Notes: generated by a model not told the origin, from the sequence alone. Positions 25,651 to 41,199 are shown, counted from the stretch's first letter. The stretch is 64,000 bases of DNA from Utricularia gibba (GCA_002189035.1 CM007990.1:496001-560000), one strand, 5' to 3'. Numbers and translations are program-made.

Positions 25651-26951
25651 TCCGCCGCCGGAGCAGAGAAGAGAAGAGAAATCCTTGCTCCTGTGCGCGT
25701 CTGTGGAGTTGTGTCGCGTATATAATATTACACCACACAACGTCGCGCCTATTTATATATATGAGCATCTGCGTAGGATGCATTTATGTTATTATTTTAT
25801 TTCCTTTATTAAAATAATACCCGCTGTTATCACTAATTAAACAAATAAATAAATAAATAAATAATCCACACCTTTTCTATTTTTCATTTATTGGCGCTTC
25901 CCTGGCTGCAGCCTGCAGGGATGTGGTAATGGAACCCTCTGGTCCACTGCCAGTTCACCCTTTTCATTTCTCTCTCTCTCTCTTTTTCCTCTTTTTTTTT
26001 TTTAATTACTAATTTATTTTTATTTGATAATGGGCCTTTCAGATAATTATTTGGGTTGTTTTGATTTTCAATTTCACATCAAATTATATAAAATATAATT
26101 AATTTTAAGATTTTAAAAAATTCAATTTTTACATTTTAAAACAAATTTATAAGATAATATAAATTTATATTATCGATTTTAATATATAAAAATATACATT
26201 GTAAATTTAATACATTAAATTATTATATAGTTTAATATGATAATATATTTTTAAGTGAATTAATAATTAATAATATGATTTTTTAATTAATCTATTACTT
26301 AATCACTATAACATAAATTCAAGAAATTTAATCATGTTTAAAGTTAATTGCTTAATCTAAATTTCTAATTTTATTACATAACAGAACTAGATTGAAATCT
26401 ACAAGGATTAAATAAAACTAATTTAAAAGATTAATTTACAGAACAAATCCTCTATATATTTTGAATATAATAGTTTATTTAAAACTTAAATCATATATTT
26501 TTTTAGTTGTATTTGATATTTTATATATTTAGAAAAATATTTCATAACTTGATAGAAACTAAAAAATCATAACTTATATTTTAGTGGAAACATTTATCGA
26601 AAAAAATGTTTACTTCAATAAATATGCATATAAAGTTCAAAATTATATAAAATTGATTTTTGGATAATGAATATAGTTTAATATATATAATTCTAGTTGT
26701 CAATTGAAAATTATTTTCTTATTTATGTTTTTTTCAAAAAATATTTTATTTAGTGTGTGAAATTCCATTTTCACTTGTCTAAAGCCCAGCATGAAGCCCA
26801 TAGCCCATAAGCGCGGTAAAAATAAAATGGATTGGCGCCAGAATTTGAAATCTGCGCGCTTTCTTCGGAGTTCAGGCGAAGATAAAGACTCTCAGGTTTC
26901 CGAATTTCTCCATCGGATTCGCGATAATAGGGAGAAATGAGGGAATTGGCT

Positions 26952-29900
26952 ATGGCGGAAGCTCATGAAAGTGAAGCAAGGCTAGTGAATCCGTGGTATT
27001 TTCACTTGCAGAAGCTTGGACTTGAGCTGAAATGCCCTGTCTGGTGATTGATTCTCACCCTTCTCTGTTTCCTATCAAAATGACACCGTTTTTTTATAAT
27101 CCATCTTCCTGTTTCTTTTTTTTTCTCTTTTGATGCGTAAATAGTATGAAGTTGCTGAGCAAGCCCGTTCTGCTTCCTTGTAATCACTTGTTCTGCGGGT
27201 AAGAAATCTGTTATCTCCGGCGGATTCGAAGTTTTCTTGAAGGTGTTTATCTATATGTCTTTGTAATTGATATGCGCAGTGCATGCGTTCCACGATATTT
27301 TCATAATTGCCCTGCTTGTCAGCAGCATTACGCTGATCAAGGTGCGACTTTTAGTTCAAGGTTGTCTCTGGATATGCGTTCGGAATATTGTAAGAGTAAC
27401 ATTTCGCATGCTGCAGAAATAAGGCACGCTTCCTACATGGAAGAAATCATTAACACCTACAGGAGTTTGGAGGCTACATTCAGCTCAACCATCCTGCCAT
27501 TTTTATCTGCAGGTAAAGGAATGGCGAATGTAGAATGGTTCTTGGTACATGATTCATGGGTAATGTCATTGACTTTAAGATCTTATGAAAATTTCAGTTG
27601 ATAAAATCGCAGATAAACCTGGTGAAACAAAATCTAGAGTAAGAGAAGTTCCTACTATTGCCGTTGAAGGTAATATTTCTGGGATTCAGGCTACACAAAT
27701 GTCTCCAGGCGACTCGTTCCCAGATTCTTCGTTTAAGGATGACTCCAACGAAGAAACGTTAAAATGGAAAACCCCTCAAATCAAAGTGGAACATCGTGAG
27801 CAAGCAATCTCTCCTCTTCAACCGGAAAATATTAGTTCACGCAGCTTAATGAAGGTATGACTCGTTCCATGTCCTTGTATTGGTTTGTTTGTGTGTTAAG
27901 CACTTCCACTCATTCATTGATAGTTTTTAAAGTAAAGCTGACTCTAATGTTTGTTTTGCGATTCATCTCAACTACTGCAGAGTACAAAAAATCACAGAAT
28001 CAGGAAATCTGGCAGAGCCATATTGGATACTACAGCGGATCCTATGGATGATGAGGACACGTGCAATATGAGGGAACCCAAAAAGCACAAGAAGCTGAAC
28101 TGCGAGTTGCCTAGCAAAGATGCTGCTTTCAGGAATGATGAAGGCAGGTCTAACAAAGATTCTCTCGTTACTTCAACTAGAAAACTTTTTAATGACTCGG
28201 ATCTCACTAGAAGCGCATGTGCATTTTGCCAGTCTTCAGAGACAACTGATGTAAGTCCTCCTGTTTCTCTATCGATCCAGCATTTCACTCTCTTTCATTC
28301 ATACAATTGATGGGACGAATATTCCAAGTAAAGCTTCCCATGCTTAGTATTCACAATTGTACTTTGGCTGGCACCAGGCTACTGGACCGCTTCTACATTT
28401 TGTGAATGGAAGAGAAGTGGTAATAACTGAAATCAACTCCCCCAAAGTGGTTACAGCACACATCAAATGCATAGAATGGTATGTTGAATATGAACTTTGT
28501 GCTTCAAATTGTTAATTTAATCACTGGTTGCCAAAATTATTATGCTTTCCCTGGAGCTAGAAAGCTGCAGCAATGACCGATGTATGTGAATTATGTTCAG
28601 GACGCCAAAGGTATACTTTGCTGGTGAAAAGATTAAGAACTTAAAATCTGAGCTTGCTCGTGCTTCCAAGCTCAAGTGTAGTGTTTGTGGGTTAAAGGGA
28701 GCATCGCTTGGGTGCTTTGCAAAGACTTGCTGCAGAAGTTATCATTTTCCCTGTACTCTGGAAATCCCCAACTGCAGATGGGATCCTGTAAGTCACACCA
28801 TACTCTGGATCCTCTGACCGTGAAACTTTGGCTGTGACTTCTGAATGCGTTTCTAAATTGCAGGCTAAGTTTTTGATGTTGTGCCCCTCTCACAAACATT
28901 TGACTTTTCCAAATGAGACCTCCAACCCTGAAGAGCATGAGAATGAAGCTATATGCTCGTCCCAAGAACAGTAATGCATCTTTCTGCCTCGTACTTCCTT
29001 TTTGCATTCTCCTATCAGTAGATGTGAACTACTTAAAACTGCAGTACGACTGTTTCTCATCTCTAAGATCTTTAAACGCAGAACATCTGAGCAGTCAACT
29101 TTTTGGGCTTCACTTCCTAATGGACGGCAAGAATGGGTTTTATGCGGCTCTTCCCTATCATCAAAACACAAAGTAGTTTTTTCTGTTTGCAGCAACCTCA
29201 TTTTCTTTTTCAAACAAGCTCATGATGATCTGTGCTGTTGCAGAGTTTGCTTAGAGAATTTGCTGCACGGTGTGGTGCTACCTTGTCAAATTCATGGACC
29301 CCAAATGTCACTCACGTGATTGCCTCCACAGATGAAAATGGTGCCTTCTGTAGAACTCTAAAAGTCCTTATGGCCATTTTGAACGGAAAATGGATTCTCT
29401 CCATTGATTGTAAGCTTCCTCCAATGCTTCACATCTCTTATACTCAAATCCATCTGCTCACTTCAATCCTTCTTTCCAAGGGGTGAAGACTTGCCTGGAC
29501 AAAAACCATCCTGTGAACGAAGAACCATTCGAGATCAACATCGACAATCACGGCATCCGGGATGCCCCCAAAACAGGAAGACTAAGAGCACTAAGCAATG
29601 TAAGCAGACAACATTCCCTTCTACTGTTTTTCCCAAACAAACTCCCTCCACAAAAGCCTCCTTGCTGCTTTCACAGGCTCCAAAGCTCTTCTCTTCCGTG
29701 TGCTTTTACTTCCATGAGGACTTCGATCCATCCTACAAGAGCGATCTAGTGGATCTAGTCAAAGCTGGAGGAGGAAGCATCCTCGAGGAAATCCCCCTCC
29801 AGAAAACTACCCACAATCAGCGCCTCCTGCGACATTCATCGTGTACTTCAGTGAATGCAGCAGGGAGAGCGCAGCAGAGGGAATGGTTAAAAGGAGGATC

Positions 29901-30020
29901 TTGCAGACGTTGGCTGAATCCCAGAACGCAGCACTGCCCAGTGATGCCTTTCAGTTCATCCCGCACACGTGGATTCTGGAATCCATAGCTGCTTGTAGAG
30001 TTCCCGCTTCTGCAAGCTAA
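26952..30020 (+). CDS. BARD1: BARD1/BRCA1-family RING-PHD-BRCT protein (1-nt frameshift in last exon as assembled)
   Basis: LQKLGLELKCPVC|MKLLSKPVLLPCNHLFC..C..CPAC (RING); CAFCQS, H.KCIEW, KLKCSVCGLKGASLGC..CCRSYHFPC (ePHD); FAARCGAT...VTHVIA...RTLKVLMAIL.GKWIL (BRCT1); HTWILESIAAC (BRCT2). Confidence 0.9.
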
Positions 30021-30548
30021 ACCCTTTGTTCCACTTTGCAAGTTCTGATTATTTGGGATTAAGGGTTTGCTTGGTTGGTATTTAATATTTAGTAATATTC
30101 ATTATATTAAAATGTTTTCTATTAATATTTTTTTATATTAATTATATAAAGAAAATATGAATTGTGAATAATGCTGTTTTAATACATTAAATTCACATAG
30201 AAGTTGAGAATTTTATAAATTCATATATGTGTTTAATTAGAATTTGGAAAATAAATATATTTATTTTATATTTCAAATGAAATATATATTTTTTTACTAA
30301 ATTTTAATTTATGCTTGATAATTATCAAATATTAAAAACAATTTTTATAGTTATATGGTTTAAAATAAAATGGATTTAATTTAAAGGTTTTTTTTACAGG
30401 CTGTCGCGGGTGTACGGAACGAGTAACGGTCACTTGCTTTAAAGTGTATGGGGGCGATTCTTCCTCTGATTCTCTTCCGCTGTTCCACTCGCTGAGGAAG
30501 TTGAGATTTCTTCTTCGTTTTTGTTTGATTGATTCTTTGAGCTGAGGT

Positions 30549-32126
30549 ATGGGCTGCTTTCTCGGATGTTTTGGTGGAGAGAAGGAACTCGGACGGCGCA
30601 AGCAGCGGATTGATCGACCGGATCGGCGAACACTGGTGAGATGGGTCATTTATTTGACCGGATTGCTTGGTTTTGTTCGCTGATATCGTGTTGGATACTT
30701 CTTGAATTGGTTTTCTGTTGACGTGGAAGAGCTTTCGTTTGGACTTCTTTTTAGTTGTGATTCTTGCACTTTGTTGATTTTGCGGACACGAGGAAGAGTT
30801 ACTGAAGGCTGGTTTTTTTTTTTTTTGACACAGAGGAATAGAATTGGGAATGTTGCTGATAACAGAGTTGTGACAACTTCTGAAGTGACGATACGGGAGA
30901 GGAATGATGTACAACTGGAACAGACACTCAGGCCAACAACTTCCACCGAAGTGGTTCCAGAGTTGCTGTAAGAATATTTATGTTGTATATTTGATTCCTC
31001 TATTAGTAGCAATTGAGAACTTAAGCTAAATGCCTGAGAATCTTAATTTTCATGTTTTGGCAAGTGTTTAAGTTGTTTTGTTGATGTTCTGGTTTTTTCA
31101 GCTCATAAAGTTTGTACTTGTAGAAACAAACCTGATGTGGTGGAGCAACTATCCCCGAGTCCTAAGAAAAGAGTCACATTCAATGCCAATGTCACCACAT
31201 ATGAGCCTGTTCCTGACCATAATAAAGTTGAAGAACAGGTTGAAGCTTTACAAACATTGGTTCCAGCCAATTCAATAGCGGGAGAGGAGAACTCCATCTC
31301 GTCGAGTGTTGCGTCTTCTTACCCTCCAAACCACAGGTACCATGATGCAAGAGATAGTGAAGATGAAGCTGAGTATGAGGACTTGGATGATTTAGAAGAT
31401 GATCTGGAAGATTGCTATGAGGATGAAGAAGATTCTAGGAGTTTGGAGTATGATTGGTCCGAATCAGTTCGTACGGAATCAGTAGAATCAAGCACCGGAA
31501 AAATGCCCCAGAAATCTTCCATCCACAGTTCAGTGTTAGCTCCTGTGGAGAATATCACTCAGTGGAAAGCAGCAGTGTTGAGTGGGTTACATAAACTGCA
31601 GCCCGAGAAGGAGAACTTGGAATCTAATATTAAGTCCTGCAAAAACACAAGTCAAGAAGTTTCTGTTGACGCCAGTCTTTCAGGTTGGCTGGAATCTCCT
31701 GGACTCCAAGGATCCAAGAAGGCTAGTTTCAGTGGCTTCGGTTCTCCTCCAACAACCAACTCAGATGGGCGCAGTTCTCGAAAATCCTTAGAAGATAGAC
31801 CAATTTTAGGTGCATTGACAGTTGAGGAGCTCAGGCAAATTTCAGTGTCTTCCTCCACAAAGAAGTCTCCCAGCAAGAGCCCTGATGAAGTACCAATAGT
31901 AGGGACTGTTGGTAGCTACTGGAGTGATTCGGGATCAGCAAAGAGTTCATGCTCACCTATCCCTTTCAATGGAGCACCAAACACATCCAGCAAGTTCAGA
32001 GAGGTATTGTTTAAAACGATAAAAGTTTTTATAAGTCCTTCCTTCTGTGAAACCTGCTACTAATGCTCATGCAATATACAGGACAAGAGAGTTCATTGGC
32101 ACTCCACCCCTTTCGAGTCAAAGTAG
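30549..32126 (+). CDS. JASON-like / eisosome SEG2-like protein
   Basis: MGCFLGCFG N-terminus; KKRVTFNANVTTYE; YPPNHRYHDARDSEDE; SVLAPVENITQWKA; VSVDASLSGWL; EDRPILGALTVEELRQ; DEVPIVGTVGSYW; PNTSSKFRE|DKRVHWHSTPFE. Confidence 0.85.
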
Positions 32127-32449
32127 GATATAGTTCGTGGCCAAGGGCGCCGCTCATGATTTCAGTTGGTAATGAGATGCGAAGGTGTTGATTTTTGAGA
32201 TAATACGTGATCTGTGTCATGTGTGAATTCCACTCCTGGTATTTCTCCTCCATATGTTATTGTCTTGTTTCATATGGTTTGAATGACATGTTTATTTGCT
32301 GACTGGAGAAACCAGAGATCATTTCCTAAATTCCAACAGCATAAGGTATTTCACAAAGCTAGCTTCGACACAAGATGAACACACAGAAAATGAATGAGGC
32401 TGTACAACATGGAATCCTATTTCCAAGAGAATTCAATCACTCAAAAATA

Positions 32450-34299
32450 CTACAAGCTATGCAGTGGGATGAACTCCAGGCTCACATACATACCTGAAAT
32501 TAAGCATCTAATGTGTAACCGTAGCTGTATTAAGCATCTAATGTGTAACCCCGGTGAGGGTGCAGCATCCACACAGCTTTCCAGGAGCGGCATTTCTTGC
32601 TCCTCATGTGTTTTGGCCGGATCACTACTCCCCATCTCCTCCACATCAGGTATTTTATCCTCATCAGAAGCATTTGTCTGGGAATCCTTTATCTTCATCC
32701 CTTTAGAGGGATCCTCAGGCTCATCTGAGGAAGGCGGCTCTTTTAGGGAATCAGTTCCTGACTTAGACTGCATTTCAAGCATCATCTGCAGGTATCTCCC
32801 CTGCTCTTCAATCCGAAGCTGCAGGTTTCTCTGTACCTGCAAAAAAAACGAAAACCCGAAAGCTACAAAACAAACTCTAATAGCAGGAGCCCATCTTATT
32901 CGACTCATGAAGGGAATGAAGCAAGCACAAGTGTTCAGTTTCATGAGTACATACAGATGTATACCTCAAGTTGTTCATGTAGACGTTTCTGAACTTCCAT
33001 TTGCAACCGCAATGCTTCCGAAATGTCGATACTTCTGCTTTTTAAACCAGCAGAAGAACACTTAGAATTGCAAGAGAAGCCAACTCAAAGCATGATTATA
33101 ACCAAAAATGGAGCAACAGACTCACGCTTTCAATTCCAGAGATGATAGTTCTTGAACGGATGCAGGTTTCTCCTCTGAAGATTCTGCAGGAAAACAGCAT
33201 GCTCTTCAGATAAGAAACAAGTGCATGTATGTATCCAGCAATTCAATATCGTCGAACTGCGAACGAACAAACCTTGGGGAGTCTCCGATCTAATTCTAGC
33301 AGTTCGATACTTCTGCACCCCAGAAAACAAACCCAAGGAGCAGTAAGAATGTCCAAAATGAAAAGGCCAGTTCCCAGATGGATAGTTACCTGGAGGTGGC
33401 TTTTTACATGATAGATTGTCAATCCATCAACGTTCATCAGCTTCAGAACACCCTTTGGAGTAGCCTCTGCATTGAAGGTGAACTTTTTTTCAAAATGGGA
33501 AATAGCTAGCCAGCAAGCATAGTGACAGAATGCAAGAAGACTGAAACTACTTTCGCTGCCTCCAAGTTTGTTGACTGCTTCCACAAGTGTCTCGTGCAAT
33601 TCTGGAGTCCACCGCATTCGCTGCTTCGGTGAAGCACCAGTTGGAGAAGATGATTGACCATTTTTGCTGCATGTTTCACCATGAGTTCCTGGAAGTTGCT
33701 GAGATACACGAGTCTGCTGAATCAAGATCTTCACCTGCGGTTTGGGAGCCTGTTTGATTCAAGCTTCAAAATTTTAAAACAATCAAAATACTCTGTTTCC
33801 CTCTAACTAAACTAGACACTAAAGAATGCTACACAGCAGAACTCGTGATCAGAGGAATTACCTCCTCCGGGGGTTCTAAACTTGGAGCTTTTACATCAAC
33901 AAGAAGCCCGCTCCAATCTGCAGCCAATGCATCATCATCAGTTATAAGCTGATCAGCCCACTCTTGCCATTCACTTGACTTGCTCAGGTCCTCAAATGCA
34001 ACTGCCATCTCATCACTGCATCCAGCATCTGGTGAATTGCTCTGCAGGGAATGGCTCACAGGAAAATCAGGAAACCGATCTGTGGACCAGGAGTCATCAT
34101 GTTCACCACCACATTTGGATTGGAGAATACTTGGATGTGCACACTGGGCCAATGCAATTGATTCCCCAACACCTTTCGACTGAGAAATTAAAGGGGTTTT
34201 CCTAAGATGCTTCTCTGGTCTTCGAATCGAGGACGTATGAAGATCAGTTGAAAATCCAGCACATGATGAAAAAATATGACCAACTGGTTTAGTTTCCAT
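32450..34299 (-). CDS. PHR1: PHR1-like MYB-CC transcription factor
   Basis: [11 protein letters not shown]; [23 protein letters not shown]|[24 protein letters not shown]|KYRTAR; [18 protein letters not shown]|[13 protein letters not shown]. The start codon is uncertain. Confidence 0.88.
32499..32550 (+). repeat. 22-bp direct repeat with 30-bp period at the 3' end of the PHR1-like CDS
   Basis: attaagcatctaatgtgtaacc at 32499-32520 and 32529-32550. Confidence 0.9.
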
Positions 34300-35661
34300 T
34301 GTCTGCCGTTGGTACACCGGATTCAGAGCAAGACTTTAGACCAACCCAGCTTCCACTTTCAGCTCCGATTAACTTAACCTGAAGATGAATCCAAATCTCA
34401 CAGATAAAAACAAAAGCAATCCTAAAAGGAAACATGACAAGGAACAGATAATTACTTAGAAGCAAAATGGATCAGGAGGAGAGAACAGACGTCATGAATG
34501 GGAAATTTAAAGACCACAAAATTTTTTTAACGGATATAAATCTTGGATACAAAGAAAGGGGATTTCTACAGAAAAATAATGCATGCTTTTTCAAGTAAAA
34601 AGGCAAACGCTAACATCAAAAACCTTCATCTTTCTGGAGTTGCCGAGGGATCATGTGCCATGAACCTTACGTAAAGTACGATGAAATTCAGAAGTCAATG
34701 GAAAGGCCACTAGAAGCAAAACCCAACACGCAAACCAGATAAAACCTTCACCCAAAATCACTAAAAAGCAGAAATCCCAAAATCACAAACCATCCTAACA
34801 GATAGGTCCGTACAGTGGCATCCACAATCAGCAAAAGAGGAGCACAGCGCGATAGCTCACAAGTCATTCAAAAAGAAGAAAAAAAGAAATCCTTACCTTA
34901 AAGCCCTCCAGAACAGCTTCAGCAAACAGAAAAACAACCTGCTTCCGCAATTCCCCTTCAGATCACCAACACTAAGATTGCCTGATTCTGAGAGAAACCA
35001 CACGCGCAGTCGGACATCCCCCGGCGGCACTGTCCCCACCTGAATCGTATGACGACGAGCGTGGCTGTCCTGTTATCCTCCCACCCTGTGTGTGGGCTCT
35101 AGCTTCTTCCTTCCAACGATTCACAACCAGGAAGTGCGTGCCTTTTCGCTTTTTGTTCTGTTCAACAACTAACTGTCCAAACAGAGTAGGCCCCACCACC
35201 GCACCCAATCATTTTGTCTGCTTTTCAATTTTTAATTGACGTTGCGGGCCCCACGATACTGACCGTTTGTCCGTACCGCGTTCGTTTTTTAATTCAAAAA
35301 ATATTATTTAATAACCAATTTTATAAAAACATTACTTTAATGTAAATCAAATAGTATATTCTCAAGAAATATTTAAATACTAATAACCCCCAATCAAGTG
35401 AAATGGCTCAAAACGCACAAAATGCTGACCACACTACACCTGCCTCAGTGTTCTGGTTGAGTCTAGGATTTAGACACTAGTTGAAAATCCAAGAAAAATG
35501 TTTGTCTTGATCGCATTAGTCACTTTGCTGCCATTTCCATCATCAAAGCAAGCATAGAACAATCCACAGGTTTCAAACAAGATGCAGAGAAATGGGAAAG
35601 AGGGAAGCTTCCAACCTGCAACAACAGAGAAATGGGAAGATGGGAGCCCCGGTTGTTGCAT

Positions 35662-36503
<842 letters not shown>

Positions 36504-37477
36504 TTTTCTTCGCTTCCGCCTCCCCGATTCCAGGCCAAGGCGCACGCAGCCAAAGGCTTTTTTATACCGAAAGGAATTTTGACAGTCTTTTGGGCTAGGG
36601 CTTCCTTTCAAAATGGGCCTTACAATTGTATGGATAGCTCAATAAGGTTATCCATTGCGAAATGGGCTTTTAGGACACAACAGTTATTGGGCGTTTTAGA
36701 TAGTACATAATAAAAGCCCACGTGCCAACGTGGGTCCCAGAGAATCTATGATGAAGCATGAGCTGTGTGTACGCTAAGGTGGAGCCCACGCGTTGTCGCC
36801 TTGTCCCTCCGCTTCTTGCAAAACACAACGGTTTTCTTTGGTTTGTTGCTACTTTGCTTGCTTTTAGGAACTTGTATTTGATTCGCTTCGAAAGTGTTTG
36901 TGATTTTGTACGTTGAGGCAATCCGTTTCTTGAGAAAAAAACAACAAAAAACTCACTAGTACTCTCAATGACCACTCATCTCAATCCTGCAAATACGCCT
37001 AATTTTGAGATTTTTGGATTGAATGAGTGATTCTGCACAGTTTTTGTAAGAAAGAAAGTGAGCGAATCATAAGGGTTGGTGAGCTTCTTAAATGATAATG
37101 GAGCAACGTAGCTGGTGTTGGTCGTGGGTTGAGGGCGAAGGTGTAGGGTTAGTGGTATAATAAAAGAGAGAAACGAAGTTTGGAAGCAACCAGATGGGGT
37201 CCCCGCGAGGACGACCATGATCGGTTAAAGCCGACAATGGATGCCCCCGCCAACCCCATTTCAGTTCCCAATAAGCAATTTCCTTTTCCTTTATCAGCCC
37301 TCGATCTCTAGACCCATAAATCCTCCGTGAATAAAACGGTACCAGACCTTTCTATCTCGTTAGTTTCCGCATACCCAGTTGAGTTTTCCTTCTTTTTATC
37401 TGGTAAAGGTTGATTCTTGGTGCGGAATAGCCGGTTGATTTCAGGCGGGGCGGGGCGATTTTTTCGGGGCGAGTGAA

Positions 37478-38810
37478 ATGTTGATGGCGTCCGAGGAATC
37501 ATGTGTTCGTGCTGGTGGGATTGGGTTGGAACTTGGGCTCGAGCTAAGCCTGGGTTGTGGGAAGGCCAAGGCTAAGGTCCCTGAGGTTCAGGAACAACAA
37601 GCGAGGATTTTAACCGCGAAGGATTTTGGTTCCTTGGTTTCTTCTGAGGTTTCTTCCTCTTCGTCTTCCTCTTCGGTTACCAAAGCTATTGGACCAGGCA
37701 CAAAAAGGAGCGGGGAGTTTCCATCTTCATCTCCACACCGGTAATCCCCCTCTTCATAATTTCTGAACTTTTTTTTTTATTACCAGAGATGTTTCTGCAT
37801 ATGTCTCAGAAGATGAAATTTGGATTCTCTGAATAGACATAGGAAGTTATCTCCTCATTGCATTTACTTTAATGGCTTTGGTGTTGGTAATGAGGATGAT
37901 TTATCCCTAAAGCACTTCTATGCCTCTGTATCTCACATTTTTCATGTGCATTTAGAACCCTGGGAATGAAAATGATCATTTCCAGGGATTCTACTGCGCT
38001 TTCTTGCGCCCTCAGTATAATTCTGTTAAGCAGATACAGATGCTCCCCTAAATGGATTAAATTTCTAAGTTCTATTACTAAGTTTTTTTTAAAAGGCATT
38101 CACTGTAGGGATTTAGTGTCAATAGATGGGATGATTAAGCTTCTTCTTCAATTTCTTGAAGCAGTCAGGTTGTGGGATGGCCTCCAGTGAGAGCCTACAG
38201 ACTGAACAGCTTGGTGAGCCATACAAAGCCACCTGCTACAGAAAACTTCTTGCTCAAGAGTGAAGATGGGGACAAAAGCATTTCAAATAAAAAATCACTG
38301 TCTTATTTTGTTAAGGTTTCCATGGATGGGATTCCCATTGGAAGAAAGGTGGATTTACTTGCTCATGACTCCTATAAGGCTTTAGCACAATCACTCGAGG
38401 AAATGTTTCGTCCCAGTCACTACCCAAGTGATAATGGATTCTTAGGGCCAAGTGAGGAACAAAGAACACTGGGTGGCCTCTCTAATTTCATACTGACATA
38501 TGAAGACAAAGATGGAGACTGGATGCTAGTTGGAGATGTTCCTTGGGAGTAAGTCTTCTATTACTGTACCCTGTTAATGCTGCTTGCTTGCTTCCAGCTG
38601 ATGTTATGTCTTGTGTTTCTCAGGATGTTTGTAAACACTGTGAGGAGACTCCGGATCATGAGGTCAGATGAGGCTAAGGGAATAGGTCAGAATACTTCTT
38701 CTTCCTCGAGTAGTTTTTGTTTCTTATAAACTAGAATGTCTGTAAATGCTTCCGGTCACCATTGCATTGCAGCTCCCCCATCTGGTGATATGAGGACGAG
38801 ACAAGAATGA
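37478..38810 (+). CDS. IAA: Aux/IAA repressor, IAA10/11/13-like
   Basis: [66 protein letters not shown]|MFVNTVRRLRIMR; TGA 38808-38810. Confidence 0.93.
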
Positions 38811-39039
38811 AGGCATTCTGTATTCTGTAAGAAGTTGTGATCATCTGAGCATTCAGCCAGGCACACCCCCACAAGACCTCTTTTCCTTTGGCTGCGTGAT
38901 TTTCGATTGCTGTTACACCTTCGGGCGAATGCTCTTGAGCCCTTCGATCCATTTAGCAGTAGCCACTAGCCACCTGCTCAATGCATGAACTACCCAATGG
39001 CCTGATGTGTGGCTTACAACCTGTAAAGTGTGATCATTA

Positions 39040-39083
39040 TCTTTCTGTAACAACAGCTTGCTCTTTCTGTAACAACAGCTTGC
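39040..39083 (+). repeat. Perfect 22-bp tandem duplication downstream of the Aux/IAA stop codon
   Basis: tctttctgtaacaacagcttgc x2. Confidence 0.9.
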
Positions 39084-39332
39084 TTGTATCATTGTGTGTG
39101 TGTATGTGGACCTGTTTGTTTTTATCATCCTTGATGCTTATTTCAGCACATCCCTGATCAATGGATCATAGAGCCTGGTAACTTAACTTCATCACAGATC
39201 AAACTGAATCGAATCAGAGTTGGTCGAAGTGGAATGTGAAGATTGACTCAGATCAGCAAGTAATCCCAATATGGGAAGTTTACAGCACTTTCACAGTGAA
39301 AACAGAATTTCCAAGCAAAGAAGAAGAGCTGG

Positions 39333-39773
<441 letters not shown>

Positions 39774-40364
39774 TGACGAAGAAAACGGATCACACCCATA
39801 ACGATGAAACTCCTACTTTGGGCCGTGACTCCGGCCCAAATGAGTCCATATACCGAAGCTCAATAACGCCCATATCCAAAATCAAAATGCATCCATTTTT
39901 TAATATTTTAAAACATTATGATTAAATTATTATGTTTAATAAATTAATTTAAGATTTTATGAACAAATTCAAATTTCACATTGCAAAATTATTTTGTAAC
40001 ATAACATAAAATTTAATAAATGAAATATATATCAAATTTAATACAATATTTAATATAATTTCTTATTTAATTGATCTCGGAATTTGAATTTCAAGTTTTT
40101 TTTTTTTATAAAATGTATAAGGACTGAAATCTTCAAAAATTAAACGATATAAATTCAGCTAAATACGATAAAAAAATCTACTTTAACTTTTGAGCTTTTA
40201 AAAAAATGATGTCTTTTAAAAAAATGATATTTTTTAAAAGATTATACCACTTTTAGAAACAATTATCGATATTAAAAAAAAGCCATGTTGAAAAATAAAA
40301 GTTAAATGGCCGGCAAACGATGTCGGTGCTGCGAAGCACCGGCCTAACTGAAGTGCGCGAAGGC

Positions 40365-40373
40365 TATATAAAA
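40365..40373 (+). promoter_or_regulatory. TATA box of the cupin gene
   Basis: TATATAAAA about 100 nt upstream of ATG 40475. Confidence 0.6.
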
Positions 40374-40474
40374 GGGGAGCCCTGACGCCCACGGCACAAC
40401 CTCCCCGAGGAGAATTTTCGCTCTTCTCTCATCGTCTTCTCTGGCGCAGGAGCCCTAGGAGCTGAAGGGGTGTC

Positions 40475-40886
40475 ATGGCAGCCGAGGAGCCTTCTTCTGA
40501 GAATCTCAGAATCACAGTTCACAGCAATCCTCCCAAGTCCCAGCTGGATGAACTCGGGATCAAATCTTGGCCCAAGTAAGGAGCGCACCCTTGTGTTTCA
40601 TCGCTTTCTCTTTACTTTCAACTCGAGCCCATGCTGGAGGTTTGGGAGCTGCAGGTGGGGATGCTCTCCGGGGAAGTACAACTTGAAGTACGACGCACGG
40701 CAGACGTGCTACCTGCTGCGAGGGAAGGTGAAGGTTTACCCTAAAAACCCAGGAGGGGAAGTTGTGGAATTCGGAGCTGGAGATTTGGTTGTCATTCCCA
40801 AAGGGCTCTCCTGCACTTGGGATGTCTCTGTTGCTGTTGATAAGCATTACAAGTTCGATGCCTCTGCTGCTGCTTCTTCTTCGTAA
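40475..40886 (+). CDS. RmlC-like cupin (Cupin_3/DUF861, EutQ-like), 2 exons
   Basis: ITVHSNPPKSQLDELGIKSWP|KWGCSPGKYNLKYDARQTCYLLRGKVKVYP...VEFGAGDLVVIPKGLSCTWDVSVAVDKHYKF. Confidence 0.92.
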
Positions 40887-41199
40887 TCCCCTGTAAAAAT
40901 TGCAGTTTAAATATTATGGTTACTGTTGGATGTTCAACCGCTTTACTTCATCTTTGCAATAATAAAAGTAAAAAGGGCATTGCACAGAAGCCTGGGAGTA
41001 CCTTCAGAAGATATTTTGGGAGCTTGTAAAACCAGTTGTCAACGGGAGAGACGATGCTTTAAATGCTTACTTTGACCAGTCAAAAGTTTTACTGTATGAT
41101 CCATTATTTTTCACCGCGATGGTCCCGCTGAAGAACAAGATCAAACAGTGTTGTAAATTGCGCAAATCATTCCTTCATGCAAATTCATGTAACCAGCAG

